Shown here piece by piece: positions 60,357 to 64,000 of a stretch of DNA of 64,000 nt (positions are counted from its first letter, which is position 1; each line of letters opens with the position of its first letter). Origin of the DNA: Diadema antillarum (taxonomy: Eukaryota); contig NW_027271426.1 of NCBI RefSeq assembly GCF_040938485.1, forward strand, positions 992,001 to 1,056,000, read 5' to 3'. The position numbers and the translations under genes were made by a program. Under the pieces are notes generated by a model. The model was not told where the DNA came from and did not search any database. It saw nothing but the letters and a program-made list of their open reading frames with translations.

Positions 60357-61162
60357 GTGATGTTGTAAATTTCTTAGCTCACCAATGCTCAACTGGGAAA
60401 TCGTACTCTACCATAAACTCATATCGTTCCGCTCTTTCATCTGCCTTTCCTCCTATCGATGGTCATAATGTGGGTAAACATCCGCTTGTTTTGAGACTTA
60501 TGAAAGGCATTTTTAATACAAACCCTCCAAAACCACGATACCAAAAAACGTGGGATGTTGCGTCTGTCCTTAAGTACATTGGTTCCTTACCCGACAACAA
60601 GGACTTGACTCTTCCTTTGTTAACCCGAAAGTTGGTGGCACTAATGGCACTAACCTCCGCACAACGCACACAAACGCTTATGTGCTTGTCTGTAACATCT
60701 CTCCATCTTGAAGAAAATAAAGCCTCTTTCAAGATTTCAGAGTTACTCAAGACTACTTCTAAATCAAACTTTGCCGACCAAACTTTGACGCTCTCATCAT
60801 TTGGTCAAAATTCTAAATTATGTGTAGTCAAAACGCTGAGAGAGTATTTGGAACGCACTAAGTCTTTGCGTACAGATGAGAGACTTTTTGTATCAACAAT
60901 AAAACCACATAAAGGAATCACTTCAGCTACTCTAGCTCGATGGATGAAAACAGTCCTTCGGGATTCAGGCATTGATACATCAGTCTTTAAGGCCCATAGT
61001 TTCCGCGGCGCCTCGACAAGTTGTGCTCTGGCCCACGGAGTTTCGCTACATGAAATCTTGAAAACGGCAAATTGGTCTCGAGCCGAGACGTTCAGGAAAT
61101 TTTACCACAAACCTATTAGTGACTCTACGTTCGCAAATGCGGTCCTCAATTCTGTAAACTGA
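59909..61162 (+). CDS. DIRS tyrosine recombinase (overlaps RT ORF in another frame)
   Basis: SYSTINSYRSALS, HPLVLRLMKGIFNTNPPKPRY..TWDV, AQRTQTL, HSFRGAS, ANWS and catalytic KFYHKP. Confidence 0.93.
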   Translation: MEGGSKCIRHRRLLDFMGKFNSIPFPPILSYLQNPSEIKNRSNTVCHPSANMASATMVPHATQYYGHRPALAPPSGLSGDPPSRPQPNSTPGRVDYLISRMQSNGLSQVATDLIAHSWRERTNKRYESAWQQWLRWCCKESFDPYSPSISDVVNFLAHQCSTGKSYSTINSYRSALSSAFPPIDGHNVGKHPLVLRLMKGIFNTNPPKPRYQKTWDVASVLKYIGSLPDNKDLTLPLLTRKLVALMALTSAQRTQTLMCLSVTSLHLEENKASFKISELLKTTSKSNFADQTLTLSSFGQNSKLCVVKTLREYLERTKSLRTDERLFVSTIKPHKGITSATLARWMKTVLRDSGIDTSVFKAHSFRGASTSCALAHGVSLHEILKTANWSRAETFRKFYHKPISDSTFANAVLNSVN

Positions 61163-61704
61163 AAACATCAAAGAGCCCTGAGATATGATGGCCTAACAAG
61201 GCTTGATAACGTAATAGGGCTATCTTTCACATTTCTGTGTGATCCTAATGATAGATCCGACGATTTCGGATGGTTGATTAATTTCCTTTGTAAAGCTTAC
61301 ATAGCATCTAATAGGGTACAAGTTAAACATCCTACAAGGCGTAGGAAATTTCTAGGTTTCGTTTAATTGTGCAGTAATGGTATAGACCCAGGACAACTTT
61401 ATAGATGTATAGCAGAAATGATTGTATTCCTTAATCATTCCTTTGATTTGTGTCATGCGTATGACGCTCCATACGGCGATTTGCACGAAGGACTCAACAA
61501 TTATTCATCGTAGATGAGAAAAGGGAAAAATAGCTTGCTTACACCCGGCACTTCATATGAATGATGACCTGATATGTATGTTTGGTTCGGGAAGTTTACT
61601 TTCCTTGACATTAAAGAAATGGAACAAATGGACAAATACTCGTGTTTGTTTATTTCATTGTCATCGTAGTTTGGCAAAAATAGCTTTTGCGGCTCACTTT
61701 GAAC

Positions 61705-61827
61705 ATGCTACCCTCTGAGACAGTTTGCATAAGACATTACGTAATACAATTCCAAAATTATGCAAGTAAATTATGAAGTATAATTAGAATTGTATTAGTA
61801 ATGTTGAAATGCAAAGTCGAAGAGGGT
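61705..61827. repeat. DIRS internal complementary region (ICR)
   Basis: 61705-61751 is the reverse complement of 57067-57113; 61753-61827 is the reverse complement of 62288-62362. Confidence 0.93.
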
Positions 61828-62639
61828 CCCTCCCTTGAGAAGCTTCGGCTCCTCTACAAAGTCAATGCCCTCCCCGAACAACAACTTCTGCCACAGAAGC
61901 CATTTTTCTTATCCATTTCGCTCAGACACGGGAGCTAAGTCCCCTGATCATTACTTATCATGAACATGTAGGTCATTCACACTGTCTTGTGGAGAGCGAC
62001 GAATGTATAGCTCGTACGTTAATTAACGTGGCCATGGTCAAATGCTGATGAGGTTTGGTGATCGATGTGTTGCGAAGTGTTTTTCAACTTGCGTGATCGG
62101 TGATCTCCAGACGTTTGTTGTGTGCAAAGTTCACCCTTTGGGGTGACAACACTGATACACAGCTATCACTTCTTTAAATGGATGGTCTCGCACCTTCCTC
62201 TCACTCTATTTATACACATATGCAAGGAAAGGAATTTCTTTGAAATTTCTTTTGTGTGGAAGGCTGCCTAACCACGAGAAATATGCTACCCTCTTCGACT
62301 TTGCATTTCAACATTACTAATACAATTCTAATTATACTTCATAATTTACTTGCATAATTTTGTAATTATGTATAATTAGGTTCTGCATCTGCCTCCAGTT
62401 CGTTGGCCCTTAATCTGACAGTATACGTTTAGTTTGGCTTCCAGACCCTCTGCTAGTGCTATTTCGCTATTCAGGATAATGACGCCCTTAACGTCGAAAA
62501 CTGTTATAGCTTAAGGTGGTTTTGTCCTGCAGAGGTCTTCCTTTATCATCAATTCCTCAAAGAAAATATAGGTTTTCCCCGCCCAGTTTCATTAGATTTG
62601 CATTCGATTTAACGATCGATGCGGGCATTCAAGTTCAAG

Positions 62640-64000
62640 CTGAATTTTATAATATATTTTGGACGGAGATTGGAGGAGTAGTAAGAGAAGCCTTAAATGA
62701 GGCATATAAATTAGGGGAAATGTCATCTTCACAGAAGCAAGCAGTAATTAAGTTGATTGCTAAGGATGGGAAAGATCCTTATTTATTGAAGAATTATAGA
62801 CCGATATCTCTTCTTAATGTAGATTATAAGATTTTAACAAAGATTTTAGCTAAACGGATAAAGGAAGTTTTGAATGAAGTTATTTTGGGAGATCAAGTAG
62901 GTTATATCGAGGGAAGAAATATTGGGGAAGCCATTAGAATCATAGATGATATGATATTTCATACATCTTATTATAATTCACCAGGGTTTTTATTGGCTAT
63001 AGATTTTGAAAAGGCTTTTGATTCTATTTCTCATCAATTTCTTCAAAAGGTTTTGCTTTCTTTTGGATTGGGCCCGTCATTTCAAAAGTGGGTACAAGTT
63101 TTGTATACAAATGCTTTGAGTTGTGTTTTGAATGAGGGGGTTTCTACCGCTTATTTTAAAGTGGAGAGAGGTGTTCGACAGGGTGACCCACTGTCTCCTT
63201 ATTTATTTATTTTATGCATGGAAATAATGGCGCATAGATTACGAAGAGATAATTCTGTACAAGGAATAAAGTTTGGAGATGAGGAAATTAAATAAGTTTT
63301 ATATGCAGATGACATGACTATTTTTGTACGTAATGAGAAATCAATTTATAGGTTAAAGATGTTGTTTGAAGAATTTGAAAAAATGTTGGGATTAAAGGTA
63401 AATATGGATAAGACTAAAGTATTAAGATTGCGATCATATCAGCATTTGAAATGAGATACTAATTTTGGAGAAACAGTTGATTTTGTGAAGATACTTGGGC
63501 TTTTCTTTTCTTTAGATGAGGGAACGAAGGAAAATATAAATTATAAAGGGATTTTTAAGTAAGATAAAAGTTCTTTTGAATTTCTGGAAACAAAGAGATC
63601 TAACTTTGATGGGAAAGATTCAATTACTCAAAGTACATATTTATTCAAAAGTTATATATCGAGCTTCTCTCACTCCAGTTCCCAGGTGGGTTTTTGACTC
63701 TTTAGACAAAATGGTTTTGATTTTATATGGAAAGGAAAAAGAGATAAAATTAGAAAAAATATATTGTTTTTAGATTATAGACAAGGTGGGTTAAAAATGA
63801 TGAATTTTGTTGATTTAGTTAAAGCACAGCGAGTTATGTGGGTTAAGAAACTTCTTAATAAAGATGAAAATATGAAATGGAAGCAATATTTTAATTTTGT
63901 AACGAGAGATATAGGAGGAAAATTTATATTTTTGTGTGATTATTTACCAGCGCTGTTGAAAGTGAAAGCTCCATTATTTTATAGGGATTATAGAAGTGTG
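62640..64000 (+). pseudogene. 5'-truncated, decayed L1/Tx1-clade LINE ORF2 (RT), continues past window
   Basis: EFYNIFW, NYRPISLLNVDYKILTK, DFEKAFD, RGVRQGDPLSPYLF, stop at 63293, YADD, later frameshifts and GGLKMM. Confidence 0.9.

Larger units (their letters stand above)
57067..62362 (+). mobile_element. DIRS1-type tyrosine-recombinase retrotransposon, structurally complete
   Basis: ITRs 57102-57215 and 62181-62294 (1 mismatch seen); ICR 61705-61827 complementary to both outer ends; gag, RT/RH/MT and YR ORFs in DIRS order. Confidence 0.95.

Noticed and set aside
61200-61370. Resemblance of the post-YR peptide to a LINE ORF2 C-terminus (LINFL.KAYI)
   Set aside because: Only a few residues match; insufficient to call a captured LINE fragment.

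Overview
Eukaryotic, AT-rich, transposon-dense animal DNA. The SINE/MITE/Helentron content resembles a marine invertebrate deuterostome such as a sea urchin, but the species cannot be fixed from sequence. Three host genes are supported. Two are paralogous SRSF1/SRSF9-type SR splicing factor genes in a head-to-head inverted duplication (copy A minus, CDS 8693-6545; copy B plus, CDS 35284-37507); both carry a conserved multi-kb 3' non-coding region with GGATC-rich exon-like blocks. The third is a 5-exon D-2-hydroxyacid dehydrogenase (glyoxylate/hydroxypyruvate reductase-like, minus, 55115-49934). Between the SR paralogs lies a young full-length BEL/Pao LTR retrotransposon (17353-30275, minus) with apparently identical 682-bp LTRs, an AGTCT TSD, one 1-nt frameshift and a 2-kb Sola2-like DNA element inside it. 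It has no TGG-type primer-binding site next to its 5' LTR; instead a 14-nt segment there is perfectly complementary to its own LTR, suggesting self-priming. A structurally complete DIRS1-type tyrosine-recombinase retrotransposon (about 57067-62362) shows ITRs, an ICR, RT-RNaseH-methyltransferase, YR, a frameshifted gag and an unexplained in-frame reading region after YR. A decayed L1/Tx1 LINE runs off the right edge. Many non-autonomous elements (pogo-, hAT-, CACTA-, Kolobok-, piggyBac- and Helentron-like, SINEs) fill the rest, several nested. All alignments and counts were made by eye; no database searches were run.
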